Below, in pieces: positions 1-14,526 of a stretch of DNA of 64,000 bases. The stretch is from the NCBI GenBank assembly GCA_951406725.2, contig OX597818.1:2604001-2668000 (forward strand). The letters run 5' to 3'. Below the pieces are notes generated by a model, which saw only the letters and a list, made by a program, of their open reading frames with translations, was not told the DNA's origin and did no database searches. The number at the start of each line of letters is the position of its first letter. Position 1 is the first letter of the stretch. The position numbers and the translations under genes are program-made. The DNA is from Octopus vulgaris. Its lineage: Eukaryota.

Positions 1-905
1 GAGAGAAAAAAGGTTGTACCCAGTGTGGTGTATACTCCCCTTCAAGCATCAATGGTTTTGGGGTTATCAGGAGGTTAGTATGCCTGCTGGTCAAGCAGCT
101 TCTGTTTGTCACACACATATATACACACACACACACACACAACACACACACACACACATAGCATACAAACACACACCACATACACACAACACACACACAC
201 ACACACAGAACACACACACACACACAACGCACCCACATATATAATATATACACACAACACACAAATATAACATGTATTTATATATAATATACACACACAT
301 ATATATATAACACACATACACACACAACACACACACACACACAACACACGCACACATCCATACATAATATAAATATCCCACAAATACACCTAGCATATAT
401 ATACACATACAATATACAAATACAGCATGTATATAATACACATACACAATTTATGCATGCAATATACGTACGCAATACATACATATAATATATATATATA
501 TAGACAATGCATATACATGTATACATATAAATAGTGTTTACATACACATACATAGATATACCACATATACACACAATATACATACATACAATGCATACAT
601 TGTATATTATATATAAATACATGTTATATTTGTGTGTTGTGTGTATATATTATATATGTGGGTGCGTTGTGTGTGTGGGTGCGTTGTGTGTGTGTGTTGT
701 TCTGTGTGTGTGTGTGTGTTGTGTGTATGTGGTGTGTGTTTGTATGCTGTGTGTGTGTGTGTTGTTGTGTGTGTGTGTGTGTGTATATATGTGTGTGACA
801 AACAGAAGCTGCTTGACCAGCAGTCATACTAACCTCCTGATAACCCCAAAACCATTGATGCTTGAAGGGGAGTATACACCACACTGGGTACAACCTTTTT
901 TCTCT
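1..905. repeat. Fold-back (inverted repeat) with a CA/TA microsatellite-rich centre
   Basis: 1-~300 is the near-perfect reverse complement of ~600-905 (gagagaaaaaaggttgtaccc... / ...gggtacaaccttttttctctc) with a few mismatches. The left arm may extend beyond the window. Confidence 0.9.
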
Positions 906-1470
906 CAATTCAACCTTTCTGCTAAAATAAACAGGTTAGTAACAACACATTCTCGCCTTCAACTTAAAATATTCTGAGATGTATAAAAAATCCATTTTAA
1001 TTTTTGCTGTCAAAATATTGTATATATATACCAAAGACTGTATATATATACATGTAATGTGACAATTTGCGACAACCAATAATTAACGCAACCAAATTTC
1101 CAATAATATATTTGTTTTATCCTTTTCTGCCAATTTTTCCAAATATTCTCATCACACTATTGAACTTCTCTGTTACCAAACACTATATTTATACATGTAA
1201 TGTGACAATTTTGTATAAAAAAACATTTTTGAATTCATAATATCCAATGTGACAATTATGTAAAAAACTTTTTTGAATGCATAATATTCAATGTGACAAT
1301 TATGTAAAAAACTTTTTTGAACCCATATTATTCAATGATACTTTTAATGTTACTTTTGACAATCTTTTACCAAAGAGTGAAACCGGTTAAGTAAATAAAC
1401 ATCGTTTAAATTGCATTTTCAAACCTTTTTTCTTATATAATCCCACTCGTGCGATACCCCACAACTCAAC

Positions 1471-1593
<123 letters not shown>

Positions 1594-1993
1594 TAATAAG
1601 ATAATGGCAGGGATCAATAGGTGGTTCATCAAATTTTAGACATTATATTATGTCAACTTATTTATTTACTAAACTGACAATTACAAGAATATACATAAAT
1701 GTATAACATATTATGCAATACCTCATTCCAGTAGACTGAAGTAATAAGTAGATGAAATTGAGGTACCCGGGTGTTTCTCTAGGCTTTATCAGAGATTTAT
1801 AAAGTACATAAGGTTAAGTTACGAATAAATATAAATATAGAATAAATAAAAATACACACACATTTAAATACTTATATATATATATAGATCTACACATACA
1901 TACATATATAAATATACATAAATTCTTATATATATACTTAAATGTACATACATATTTACATTTATAAGCATACACAATAATCAGTTATTACTA

Positions 1994-2116
<123 letters not shown>

Positions 2117-2184
2117 TGATTCGCTAGCTTCTGCACGCATTTTTTTTTCTCTCCTTGTTTCTTTCTGTGTTTCTTTTCTGTGTA

Positions 2185-2222
2185 TCTTTCTGTTGAAGAG
2201 CGTAGGCTCAAAACGTAAAAAA
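2185..2222 (+). ncRNA. Degenerate minimal type I hammerhead-like motif
   Basis: TCTTT CTGTTGA A GAGC-GTAG-GCTC AAAA CG TA AAAAA. Layout is correct but there are two core deviations (A6U, G12A). Confidence 0.4.
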
Positions 2223-2330
2223 CTTGTTTTATTTATATTCCTGAGCGCCATACTAATACAATTGTTTGTTTATATTCCACCTGCCTTCGTCTTTTGTTTA
2301 TTTCCATAAAGCTTCCCGTTATTTATATAT

Positions 2331-2374
<44 letters not shown>

Positions 2375-2479
2375 AATATGTATATACATATAAATACATA
2401 CATACATATTATATACATACATATATAAATACATACATACATATTATATACATACATATATAAATACATACATACATAT

Positions 2480-2523
<44 letters not shown>

Positions 2524-2542
2524 CATACATACATATATATAC

Positions 2543-2616
<74 letters not shown>

Positions 2617-2680
2617 CTATACATGTATATATATATACATATATATTTACATGTATATATATATATATAAATATATATAT

Positions 2681-4515
2681 ATCATCATCATCATCATCAT
2701 CATCATCGTTTAGCGTCCGCTTTCCATGCTGGCATGGGCTGGACGGTGCAACTGGGGTCTGGGAAGCCAGAAGGCTGCACCAGGCCCAGTCTGATCTGGC
2801 AATGTTTCTACGGCTGGATGCCCTTCCTAACGCCAACCACTCCATGAGTGTAGTGGGTGCTTTTTACGTGCCACCAGCACAGGTGCCAGACGAGGCTGGC
2901 AGACGGCCACGGTCGGATGGTGCTTTTTACGTGCCACCGGTACGGAGGCCAGGCGAGGCTGGCAAACGGCCACGATCGGATAGTGCTTTTTACATGCCAC
3001 CGGCACGGAAGCCAGTCTGGCAATGTCCACGTTCGGATGGTTCTCTTATGTGCCACCAGCACTGGTATCACAGCTACAATTTCCACTGATGTTGATCGAT
3101 TTTGATTTTTGATTTTTTGATTTTCACTTGCCTCAACAGGTCTTCACAAGTTGGGTTTTGTGTCCCAAGAAGGAAAGGTATGCATAAGTGGACTGAGGCC
3201 ATGGGTGATGGTCTCACTTGTCCTGCCGGGTCTTCTCACGCACAGCATACTTCCAAAGGTTTCAGTCTCTAGTCATTTCCTCGGTGAGACCTAAATTTCG
3301 AAGGTCGTGCTTCACCACCTCATCCCAGGTTTTCCTGGGTCCGTTTCTTCCACACTTTTTCACACAACTATCTTCATCCATTCTCGCCACATGACCATAC
3401 CAGTGCAAACGTCTCTCTTGCACACCACAACTGATGCTTCTTTGGTCCAACTTCTCTCTCGAGGTACTTACACTCTGTCGAGTATGAACACTGACATTAC
3501 ACATCCATCGGAGCATACTGGCTTCATTTCTTGCGAGCTTACGCATATCCTCAGCAATTACGGACCATGTTTCACTGCCATGTAGCATGGCTGTGCGTAC
3601 ACAAGCATCAAACAGTCTACCTTTTACTCTGAGCGGGAGGCCTTTTGTCCCTAGCAGAGGTAAGAGCTCTCTGAACTTTGCCCAAGCTATTCTTACTCTG
3701 GCAGTTACACTTTCAACACACCCATCCCCGCTACTGACTTGGTCACCTAGGTAAGCTATCAACTATTTCTAGTTTATCTCCCTAGAATGTGGCAGAAGTT
3801 GCTCTCTGCGCATTTTCAGTGTTTATTGCTCCTGAGAATCTGCCACGTACAAAAACTATCTTCCTAGTAAGCCTTCACTTGACGTTGCTGCACCTCTTAT
3901 GTGTCCATAGCTTACACTTGGTGCATCTTATAGAGTTTCTACCTACACCTTTCCTACAGATCGAGCAAGGCCATCTACCTGAAGGCGTTTGTGACTTGTC
4001 TACCTTCCTTCTTATTAGGACTTTGGTTTTAGCTAGGTTGACTCTGAGGCCCTTCGATTCTAATCCTTGCTTCCACACCTAAAACTTCTCCTCCAGTTCT
4101 GATAGTGACTCAGCAATTAGAGCAAGGTCATCAGCATAGAGGAGCTCCCAGGGGCATCCTGTCTTGAATTCCTCCGTTATTGCCTGGAGGACTACGACAA
4201 ATAGGAGGGGGCTGAGGGCTGAACCTTGGTGGACCCCTACTTCTACCGGGAATTCTTCACTGTACTCGTAGCCAACCCTCACCTTACTAGCAGCGTCCCT
4301 GTACATGGCTTGCACAGCCCTCACTAACCATTCATCTATCCCTAGTTTCCTCATTGACCACCAGATAAGGGATTGGGGGACCCTGTCGAAAGCTTTCTCC
4401 ATATCAACGAAAGCCAGGTACAGGGGCTTATCTTTGGGTAGATATTTCTCCTGCAGCTGTCTTGCCAGGAATATGGCATCAGTGGTGCTTTTCCCTGGCA
4501 CAAATCCAAACTGCA
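2681..4515 (-). mobile_element. RTE-clade LINE, 5'-truncated and frameshifted (RT, C-terminus, 3' UTR, (GAT)n tail)
   Basis: [97 protein letters not shown]. (CAT)n on the + strand at 2681-2706. Confidence 0.93.
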
Positions 4516-4690
4516 TATATACATATATATACATACATATATATAAATATATATGTATATATATATATATAGATATATGTATATGTGTATATATATATGT
4601 ATATATATATATTATATATATATATATATATACATATGTCTATACATGTATATGTATATATATATATATATATATACATATGTCTATACA

Positions 4691-4725
<35 letters not shown>

Positions 4726-4750
4726 GTTATACATGTATATATACATGTCT

Positions 4751-4793
<43 letters not shown>

Positions 4794-4853
4794 TCTATAC
4801 ATGTATCTATACATGTATATATATATATATATATATACATATATCTATACATG

Positions 4854-4892
<39 letters not shown>

Positions 4893-4894
4893 AT

Positions 4895-4930
<36 letters not shown>

Positions 4931-4954
4931 ATACATGTATATATATATACATAG

Positions 4955-4995
<41 letters not shown>

Positions 4996-5075
4996 GATAT
5001 ATGTATATATATATATAGATATATGTATATATGCATATATAGATATATGTATATATATATATATATAGATATATG

Positions 5076-5111
<36 letters not shown>

Positions 5112-5135
5112 GATATATGTATATATATATATAGA

Positions 5136-5370
<235 letters not shown>

Positions 5371-5393
5371 TATACATGTATAGACATATGTAT

Positions 5394-5426
<33 letters not shown>

Positions 5427-5430
5427 TATA

Positions 5431-5959
5431 TACTAATACATATGCGGTGAAGCTACACATTAGCGTCGTATTTTTACGTTCGGTATTTCCAGTAAATATC
5501 AGTACCTAGTTGTGCCATTTATTTACTACTTTGTGTATTTTTCCCTCACGGGCTACTTTTTACTGGAAGGCAATACTTTGTATTGCATTACTGATATTTT
5601 GAAACTTCTTCACCGTTTCTCGTACTGTTAGCGTTCCGTATTTCAGTCGAGTGTGTTAGTATTAATGTGGTAACATCGTAGTTTCGTCTTGGTATATGTT
5701 TGGCTGAAGAAGGTAAAGCAAATATGGGTGAGAGACATATCTTGCAAAACCTGAAACCTGCAGGTACCACATTATCCATTTTCCGGGTGTTTCATCTTTC
5801 AGATGTTCTCCCTGGAGGTAAGACGGTTTTTTTTCTCTATTTTGTTGCACACACGCATTTTTACTAATACATACGCGGTGAAGCTACACATTAGCGTCGT
5901 ATTTTTACGTTCGCTATTTCCAGTAAATATCGGTACTTAGTTGTGCCATTTATTTACTA
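5431..5959 (+). mobile_element. 431-bp unit plus ~100-bp direct repeat (PLE pseudo-LTR-like / small retrozyme-like), flanked by (TA)n
   Basis: 5431-5528 is repeated at 5862-5959 and the unit contains a canonical hammerhead. Confidence 0.7.
5701..5769 (+). ncRNA. Type I hammerhead ribozyme with canonical core
   Basis: TGG CTGAAGA AGGT-[inner hairpin GCAAATATG..CATATCTTGC]-ACCT GAAA CCTGCAGG TA CCA. Stem III is palindromic and the cleavage triplet is GUA. Confidence 0.85.
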
Positions 5960-6028
5960 ATTTGTATATATATATATATATATCTATACATGTGTATATA
6001 TGTATAAATACATACATATCTATACATG

Positions 6029-6070
<42 letters not shown>

Positions 6071-6078
6071 AATACGTA

Positions 6079-6618
6079 CATCATCATCATCATCGTTTAG
6101 CGTCCGCATTCCATGCTAGCATGGACTGGATGGTTCAACTGGGGTCTGGGAAGCCAGAGGCTGCACCCGGCCCAGTCTGATCTGGCAATGTTTCTACGGC
6201 TGGATGCCCTTTTTAACACCAACCACTCCATGAGTGTAGTGGATGCTTATTACGTGACACCGGCACAGGTGTCAGATGAGGCTGGCAAATGGCCACGATC
6301 AGATGGTGCTTTTTACGTACGACCAACACGAGGCCAGTCGGGGCAGTGCTGGCAACGACCACGTTCAGATGGTTCTCTTACGTGCCACCGGCACTGGTAT
6401 CACAGCTGCAATTTCCATTGATGTTGATCGATTTCGATTCTCACTTGCCTCAACAGGTCTTCACAAGTAGACTTTTGTGACCCAAGAAGGAAAGGTATGC
6501 ATAAGTGGACTGGCTACATCTCGTGTAGAGGCCACGGGTTATGGTCTCACTTGTCCTGCCGGGTCTTCTCACGCATAGTATACTTCCAAAGGTCTCGGTC
6601 TCTAAGGCCCTTCGATTC
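6079..6618 (-). mobile_element. RTE 3'-end fragment
   Basis: Homologous to 2681-3270, including the (CAT)n tail. Confidence 0.85.
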
Positions 6619-6932
6619 ATATATATATATATATATATATATAAATACATACATATATATATATAAATACATACATATATATATATAAATACATACATAC
6701 ATATATATAAATACATACATACATATATACAAATACATACATACATATATACAAATACATACATACATATATATAAATACATACATACATATATATAAAT
6801 ACATACATATAAATACATACATATAAATACACACATACATACATATAAATACACACATACATACATATAAATACATACATACATATAAATACACACATAC
6901 ATACATATAAATACATACATACATACAAATAC

Positions 6933-7003
<71 letters not shown>

Positions 7004-7989
7004 CATATACATAGACATATATATATATATATACATATATATAATACTAGCAGAGATACCTGGCGTTGCCCGTGTGACATGCAATTGAAAAATTAGACTT
7101 TTCTGTTATAATTTCTGTAATGAACTGGAATATCTATGTTTTGAATTTCATCAAAATTGCAGTTGAGGGTTATTTCCCTCTTTACACACCATAAAAAAAT
7201 TGTAATCATGCCACATGTATCCCATACTACTGATTTTTATGCGCATATTCCAAAATTCCAGTCTTATAGAACCTGTTAAAAGGATTTTGCTCCTGAAAAA
7301 TAAAGGTCATGGAGCTCTAAAATATGAGAGTTAAGGCCCCTGTTGCGGGTGGTGTCTTAATGTCAAGCAGAGAAGTTGAACTATTGAGATGTTTATAACT
7401 TGGGTCTTATATGTATTGTTTGAATTTCTTTGAAATAGGAAATATATGTTCACTGGCTTTGTAAAAGAGAGCAAAGCTGCAGGAAACCAAAAGACAAATG
7501 ATCACAATAAGCAGTCATCTACCCTACCCTAGTTGTTACCACTCCCAATGTAGGATTCCTCACCATCCAGATGACAGGCACAGCCATAAGATGCATTACA
7601 AATCTATAGCAATTAGAAGGGCGTGACCCAACTGAAATAAACATTAACAACTGTGTGACGTGAGGGCTAAGGAGAAATTAAAGTGTCACCTCTGAAGTTT
7701 GCAAATGACCACTATACTGATACGTAACTGGGCAGAATAGGTTTACAATCTATAAACGTCTTTGAATAACTAGTCACTCATGTGGGAAGGCCTTGAAATC
7801 AATGTTACCATCTGGGGACTATGTGTGACCCACTGATAATAAAAAGACTGAAAGGAGGTCTGCAATCAAATAACTTTACTCAACACTTTGCAACTGAATC
7901 AGTGGAGGCAAAGGTGCCTCTCATTTACTTGACAATTTATGCACCACATTGCAGAAATCACAATGTAAGTGTATGTCAAAGCAAACTGT

Positions 7990-8216
7990 TACAACATCCG
8001 CTTTCCATGGGTTGAACGATTTGACTGAGGTCTGGCGAACCAGACTCCAATCTGATCTGGCAGAGTTTCTACAGCTGGATGCCCTTCCTAACGCCAACCA
8101 CTCTGAGAGTGTAGTGGGTGTTTTTACGTGCCACCGCCACAAGGGCCAGTTTGGTGGAACTGGCAACGGCCATGCTCAAATGGTGCTTTTTACATGCCAC
8201 CTTCACAGGAGCCAAT
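7990..8216 (-). mobile_element. RTE 3' UTR fragment
   Basis: Matches the 3' UTR of the 2681-4515 element (ggatgcccttcctaacgccaaccactc). Confidence 0.8.
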
Positions 8217-8738
8217 ATTAGAATTAAAATCACTCTTCTTATTACAACTAGATTTCTTGTCTTGAATAGTAGATGAAGGATGAGATTGAGCAGAATCAAT
8301 GTATGTAACTTTTTCTTTATACCCTGCTTTAACTAAGGCAGAGTTATAAAATTCTGACTTGTCATTAAAAATGTCAACATTGGCAGATAGTTTAGACAAT
8401 CTAACCGAAATGCTTGTAACTAAATTCTTAGTAATTGCCCAAGCGTGATTACTGGAAGGACTAATAAGATTGGTGGAATGTTTGTGGTATGGGAATTACG
8501 AGTTATTTTGCAAATTAAGAGTAATATCTAAGAAGTTAGCTTTAGTTAACTCATCATCAAAAACGATGTGAAAGCCCATTCTATGAAAAAACCTAACTAA
8601 TCTATTCTTAACCTTCTGTATTTTTAGATTTGAAATTTTTTGGAGGTGAAGCAAACAATCATCGCGATATAGACCTCCACAGATGTCTGGGAACTGGTCA
8701 GCCATTTCATAAAGTATATACATGCCGACTAAATCAGC
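8217..8738 (-). pseudogene. Penelope-like element RT/thumb fragment
   Basis: ADLVGMYIL...GGLYRDDCL...NFLDITLNL, then ISVRLSKLSANVDIF...YNSALVKAGY. YRDD and FLD motifs are typical of PLE RT. Confidence 0.85.
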
Positions 8739-8789
8739 ATATATATATACAAAGATAGATATATATATACATATATACACACAGACACA

Positions 8790-9485
8790 CACACACAAAG
8801 ATAAATTGAAAGATACAACTGAGTGGGCAAACAGAAATATGAGACACAGCTTAGTGCTTTTTTTCATGTTGATAAGCCTGGTACTTATTCTATTAGTTTG
8901 TTCTTGTGAAACCAGTAAGTTATGGGGATGTAAATAAATGAACAGCAGTTGTGAAGCAGTGATGAGGGCGAAACACAGAGACAAAGACACACACATACAC
9001 TTACATGTATACATACATATATATATATACGATTAATTTGTTTCAGTTCCTCTCTACGAAATCCATATATATATATATATGTATATACACACACACACAC
9101 AAAGATAAATCGATAGATACAACTGAGTGGGCAAACAAAAATATGAGACACTGCCTAGTGCATTTTTTTTATTTTGATAAGCCTGGTACTTATTCTATCA
9201 GTTTCTTCTTGTGAAACCAGTAAGTTATGGGGATGCAAATAAACGAACACCAGTTGTGAAGCAGTGATGAGGGAGAAACACAAAGACACACACATAGACT
9301 TACATATATACATACATACATATACAATTGATTTCTTTCAGGTCTCTGTCAACAAAATCCACTGACAAGGCTTTGGTTAATCTGAGGCTATAGCAGAAGA
9401 CACATGCCAAGTTACCACACAGTGGGACTGAACTGAGGACCATGTGTTTTGGAACGAAGTTTGTTTCCACACAGCCACACCTGCA
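8790..9485 (-). mobile_element. Degenerate tRNA-derived SINE copies with an internal duplication
   Basis: Similar to 46021-46381. 8790-9060 is duplicated at 9095-9345. Confidence 0.65.
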
Positions 9486-9786
9486 CCTATGTATGTGTGT
9501 GTGTGTATGGGGGGGTACATGTGTGAATGGGTGTATATATGTATGCATGTATATATGTGTATATGTTACATGTACATCTATATATATATATATATATATA
9601 TACATCTACACATACATGTATACATATACATCTATATCTATAGAAATACATCTATACATATACATGTATACAAATACAGCTATACATATACATCTATATA
9701 TATACATGTGTATATATATATATATATACATCTATATGTATACATCTATATGTATACATCTATATGTATACATCTATATATATACA

Positions 9787-9838
<52 letters not shown>

Positions 9839-10280
9839 AATTTAAACTTAAAATAATAAGGGTGAAAAATTGAATATTAATTTAATATGAATTTAAAACC
9901 AGTGGTGTAGCATATAAGACCATAGTGGATCTTCTTCTAGCATAATGGATGTCCAGTTACAGTTCATCCCTGTTGTATAATAGTTTGACTTTAATAGTTT
10001 CAGTATTAAAGTGAAAGTATTAAAGTGAAAGCATCTGACATTACACTAGAGAGATGTTTTTGTTTCACTTTTGACACGTAACACTGAAATAGTGGAGAAG
10101 ATATGATATTGCAGTGGGCTCGCACTGAGCAAAATGTCTAAAAATGTTTTTGCTCATGACACTACATGCCCCTAAGTAAGGCATGTGTAAAATTTGAATG
10201 AAATTAGTTGTGTAGTTATCAAGTTTTAGGAATTCGCACAGACAGACAGACAGACACACATTCTCAGTTTTATATATATA

Positions 10281-11765
10281 CTAGCAGTATCGCCCGGCGT
10301 TGCTCGGGTTTGTAAGGGAAATAACTATAAAAGCATTTTTAGAGAGTTATAGCCAAAAAATAGCAAAAAAATGCATTATAAATGGAAAAATAATTAAGGT
10401 AAATTTTTTTTTAAATCGTTGACACATCGTAGATATTTTTAGAGAGTTACTTCCCTTATATAATAGCGAAAAAATGCATTAAAATGGAAAAATTGATGGT
10501 AAATTTTTTTTAAATCGTAGACTCATCATAGACGCGCGCTAATACCCAGAACGGCTCGATATGACTCACGACTATAAGATACCCTGTTTTGGTTACACTG
10601 CATCGCAAAATGTGGGAGTAGTTACGAATCTAAATCGTAGGAGACAGACACACAACTTCAGTTTTATATATAAAGATATAAGTCACGTAGTTATATACAC
10701 ATACTTTGTTATATACACATTCTTAAAAGAAAATGTTATTTTGAACACAACATTTATAAAGAATAAAATATTTTTTGGTTTTTCTTAACCCTTTCGTTAC
10801 TATATTTCTGACCAAAATACACCCCTTATGTGTTTCAATTATTTTCTAACATAATCATAAATTTAGTCTGGTTTCATTAAACAACAATAACTTTTTTATT
10901 TATCAATATATTAATGTGATTTTTGGAAGATAATTTAATGAAATGTTCTCAACCAATTCTATACTATAATTTTTGTCACAAAGTGAATCTAATTGCAGGT
11001 AGATACAGGTAAATTCAACAATATATAAAATTATAAAATTTTGTTCAAACATCGCTATAGAAAATGGGTTATTAGCTAATATTCAGTTGGGTATACAACA
11101 AAATTTTACGATAGAATTTGTTATTCTGGGTAACTTTCTGATACCCATAATAATATTTATGGCAAAATAGGCCTTAATTTCATTTAAGGTTGTGGGAAAT
11201 AACAAACTATCCTTTCTTTCGTTTTGTTTACATTTTAGCGTAACAGTTCGTTTCCGCCGTACTGATTTCAAATAGGCTCATTCGAAAAAGTAAAAAGAAA
11301 TAGTTTAAGGCTTTACTCTTCTGGGAAAGTCTGTGGCTTGGTCCAGTTTCTTCAGAAAAATCACCGAAAGAAACAGTTTTTAAATTTTCACTCCATTCAG
11401 GTGCCAATTCATTTTCTTAATCGGTGTCGGATTCACTGTTTTCGCTTTAATCGTTGCAAACTTGCAAAGAGAAAGGAGAAATTAGAGTGATAGCGTCAGT
11501 GAAACAGTTCGCTCCGTTTGTGTGTGTGTGCATTTGCATGTGCTGTAGCCCACACTAAGAAAAGCATTTGACATATACACCACAATGTGAGTTTTCTCAA
11601 AATTTTGCTTCATTGGGGTTGAAATTTTAAAAACTGGACCTGGCACGACCCGATGCATTCTACTCTTAAAAATGCTAGGTAAATTGTAATTGAAGAAATC
11701 CTCTATTGTAGATTTCTATAAGATACAAAGGGAGGCAGATAAAATCTGCCTTTTATAATAAGAGA
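10281..11765 (-). mobile_element. Composite non-autonomous Helitron carrying a partial piggyBac derivative
   Basis: 5' A|TCTCTATTATAAAAGGCAG at 11765. 3' CCCGAGCAACGCCGGGCGATACTGCTAG|T at 10281. Internal second 5' end at 10676. piggyBac end with TTAA at 10785-10800. Confidence 0.8.
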
Positions 11766-12652
11766 TATATATATATACACACATATATACATATATATAT
11801 ATACATATATATATATATACATATGTATATATAAATACATATATATAAATTAGAAAAAACCACCTTTTATCAATTCAATGATGAAAAATTAAATTACACC
11901 ATCTAGAAAATTACATATTATAGAAAAATTAAATCTCTTATTATAAAAGGCAGATTTTATCTGCCTCCCTTTGTTTGTTATAGAAATCTACAATATAGGA
12001 TTTCTTCAATTACAATTTACCTAGCATTTTTAAAAGTAGAATGCATCGGGTCATGCCAGGTCCAGTTTTTAAAATTTAAACTCCAATTAAGCAAAATTTA
12101 CAGAAAACTCACATTCTGGTGTGTATGTCAAATGCTTTTCTTAGTGTGGTTTACAGCACACGCACACACACAGTATGCAACGAATAAAGTGAAAGTAATT
12201 CACTGTGTGTGTGTTGACAGGTAGACAATAGAATGCGATGGCGATGGCGATGTAATATTTGTTTCTGTCTATGACGCTGATAAAAGCATTGATGTACATG
12301 TGTGCGTGCGTGAGTGTGTGTGTGTCATTCCTCACACACACGCATACACATACATATATGACATTGACAAACAAACGTTTCAAACAACTACATACAAACA
12401 CGTGTGTGTTTGTTATTAGTAAAAAGGCGCCAAAACACAACTCACTTATCATTCCAACACATTTGCAAAGACACACGGACGGTCGAATTGCTATAACAAT
12501 ACAGAAAAGGTAAATTGGTTTTTATTTTACTCTGTATATATTTTATTATATAATATAGATATATGTATATATAATTGCAGTATGAAACAGTGTTTATGTA
12601 AAAACAGACGACACTTATATATAGTTATTAATAAATGTATGCATCCGTTTAA

Positions 12653-13719
12653 CCCTTTCGTTACCAAACTGCCCGAAAAAAATTTTGGTTAATGTGACCA
12701 AGCCGCCCGAATTTACCTATTCATATTTAAATGAGAATATCAGAGCAAATCTCTTTAGAACATTCGTGAAAACACGTATTATACTTCGTAAATAGTTCAA
12801 CTACAGTTTTGTACAAAAATCGAAGTGTAATTTTAATTCCGTGAATTATGGGAGATTTTTTTCCGAAATTTGTTCGTATTGTGTTTTCAAAATTTGTAAT
12901 TCTGACAAAAAATGGATACGAATTTCATTATATCAAGCAGCGAGTCAGAATTCAAAGGATTTTCTACTGAAGACCTTCATAAATCTAACTCTATGACTGA
13001 AAAAAAAAAGCATGTGATATTTGATAATGAATCTGATGTTTCATTTTCCGAAAGTGAAAACAGTGAATCTGAGATCTCCGACAGCGATAAAGAAAATGAT
13101 TTGGCACCTGAATGGAGTGAAAATTTAAAAACTGTTTCTTTCGGTGATTTTTCTGAAGAAACTGAACCAAGCCACAGACTTTCCCAGAAGAGTAAAGCCT
13201 TAAACTATTTCTTTTTACTTTTTCGAATGAGCCCATTTGAAATCATTACGGCGGAAACGAACTGTTACGCTAAACGTAAACAAAGCGAAAGAAACGATAG
13301 TTTGTTATTTCCCACAACCTTAAATGAAATTAAGGCCTATTTTGCCATAAATATTATTATGGGTATTAGAAAGTTACCCAGAATAACAAATTCTATCATA
13401 AAATTTTGTTGTATACCCAATTGAATATTAGCTAATAACCCATTTTCTATAGCAATGCTTGAACAAAATTTTAATAATTTTATATATTGTTGAATTTACC
13501 TGTATCTACCTGCAATTAGAGTCACTTTGTGACAAAAATTATAGTCTAGAATTGGTTGAGAACATTTCACTAAATTATCTTCCAAAAATCAGATTAATAT
13601 ATTGATAAATAAAAAAGTTATAGTTGTTTAATGAAACCAGACTAAATTTATGAGTACGTTAGAAATTAATTGAAACACATAAGGGGTGTATTTTGGTCAG
13701 AAATATAGTAACAAAAGGG
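12653..13719 (+). mobile_element. Internally deleted piggyBac-family element
   Basis: TTAA|CCCTTTCGTTAC ... GTAACAAAAGGG|TTAA. Confidence 0.9.
12912..13424 (+). pseudogene. Truncated piggyBac transposase N-terminus
   Basis: Acidic Ser-rich N-terminus, then YFFLLF..IITAETNCYA..TTLNEIKAYFAINIIMGIRKLP. The catalytic DDD domain is absent. Confidence 0.85.
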
Positions 13720-14491
13720 TTAAGAAAAACCAAAAAATATTTTATTCTTTGTAAATGTTGTGTTCAAAATAACATTTTCTTTTAAGAATGTGTATATAAC
13801 AAAGTATGTGTATATAACTACGTGGCTTATATCTTTATATATAAAAGTGAAGTTGTGTGTCTGTCTCCTACAATTTAGATTCGTAACTACTCCCACATTT
13901 TGCGGTGCAGTTTAACCAAAAGTGGGTATCTTATAGTCGTGATTGATATCGAGCCCTTCTGGGTATTAGCGCGCGTCTACGATGAGTCTACGATTTTAAA
14001 AAAATTTACCATCATATTTTTCCATTTTAATGCATATTTTTCGTTATTATATAAGGGAAGTAACTCTCTAAAAATATCTACGATGTGTCAACGATTTTTA
14101 AAAAAAATTAACTTAATTTTTTTTCAATTTTTAATGCATTTTTTTGCTATTTTTTGGCTATAACTCTCCAAAAATGCCTATATAGTTATTTCCCTTACAA
14201 ACCCGAGCAACGCCGGGCGATACTGCTAGTATAAGATAAAAAATATAACGATGATTAAGTAATGTGCAAAATATAAATAAAAGGTATATAATTGATATAT
14301 ACCAATTATATACACAACTAATTTCATTCAAACCTATATACCAATTATATACGTTTTATTTATTATTTTGCACATTACTTAATCATCATTATATTTTTTA
14401 TCTTTAATTTAATTTTTCTACAATATGTAATTTTCTAGATGGTGTAATTTAATTTTTCAACATTGAATTGATAAAAGGTGGGTTTTTTCTA

Positions 14492-14526
<35 letters not shown>

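Larger units (their letters stand above)
7047..10280 (-). mobile_element. Probable old non-autonomous Helitron interrupted by nested insertions
   Basis: 3'-type end (GC hairpin plus CTAG) at 7047-7075 and a 5'-type end (TATATATAAAACTGAGAATGTGTGTCTGTCTG) near 10240-10280. Linking the two ends is inference. Confidence 0.45.
11934..14229 (+). mobile_element. Composite non-autonomous Helitron carrying a piggyBac derivative
   Basis: Starts A|TCTCTTATTATAAAAGG and ends hairpin plus CTAG|T. Inner Helitron at 13832-14229. It splits one arm of a host fold-back between A and T, and the intact arm lies at ~14350-14495. Confidence 0.88.
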
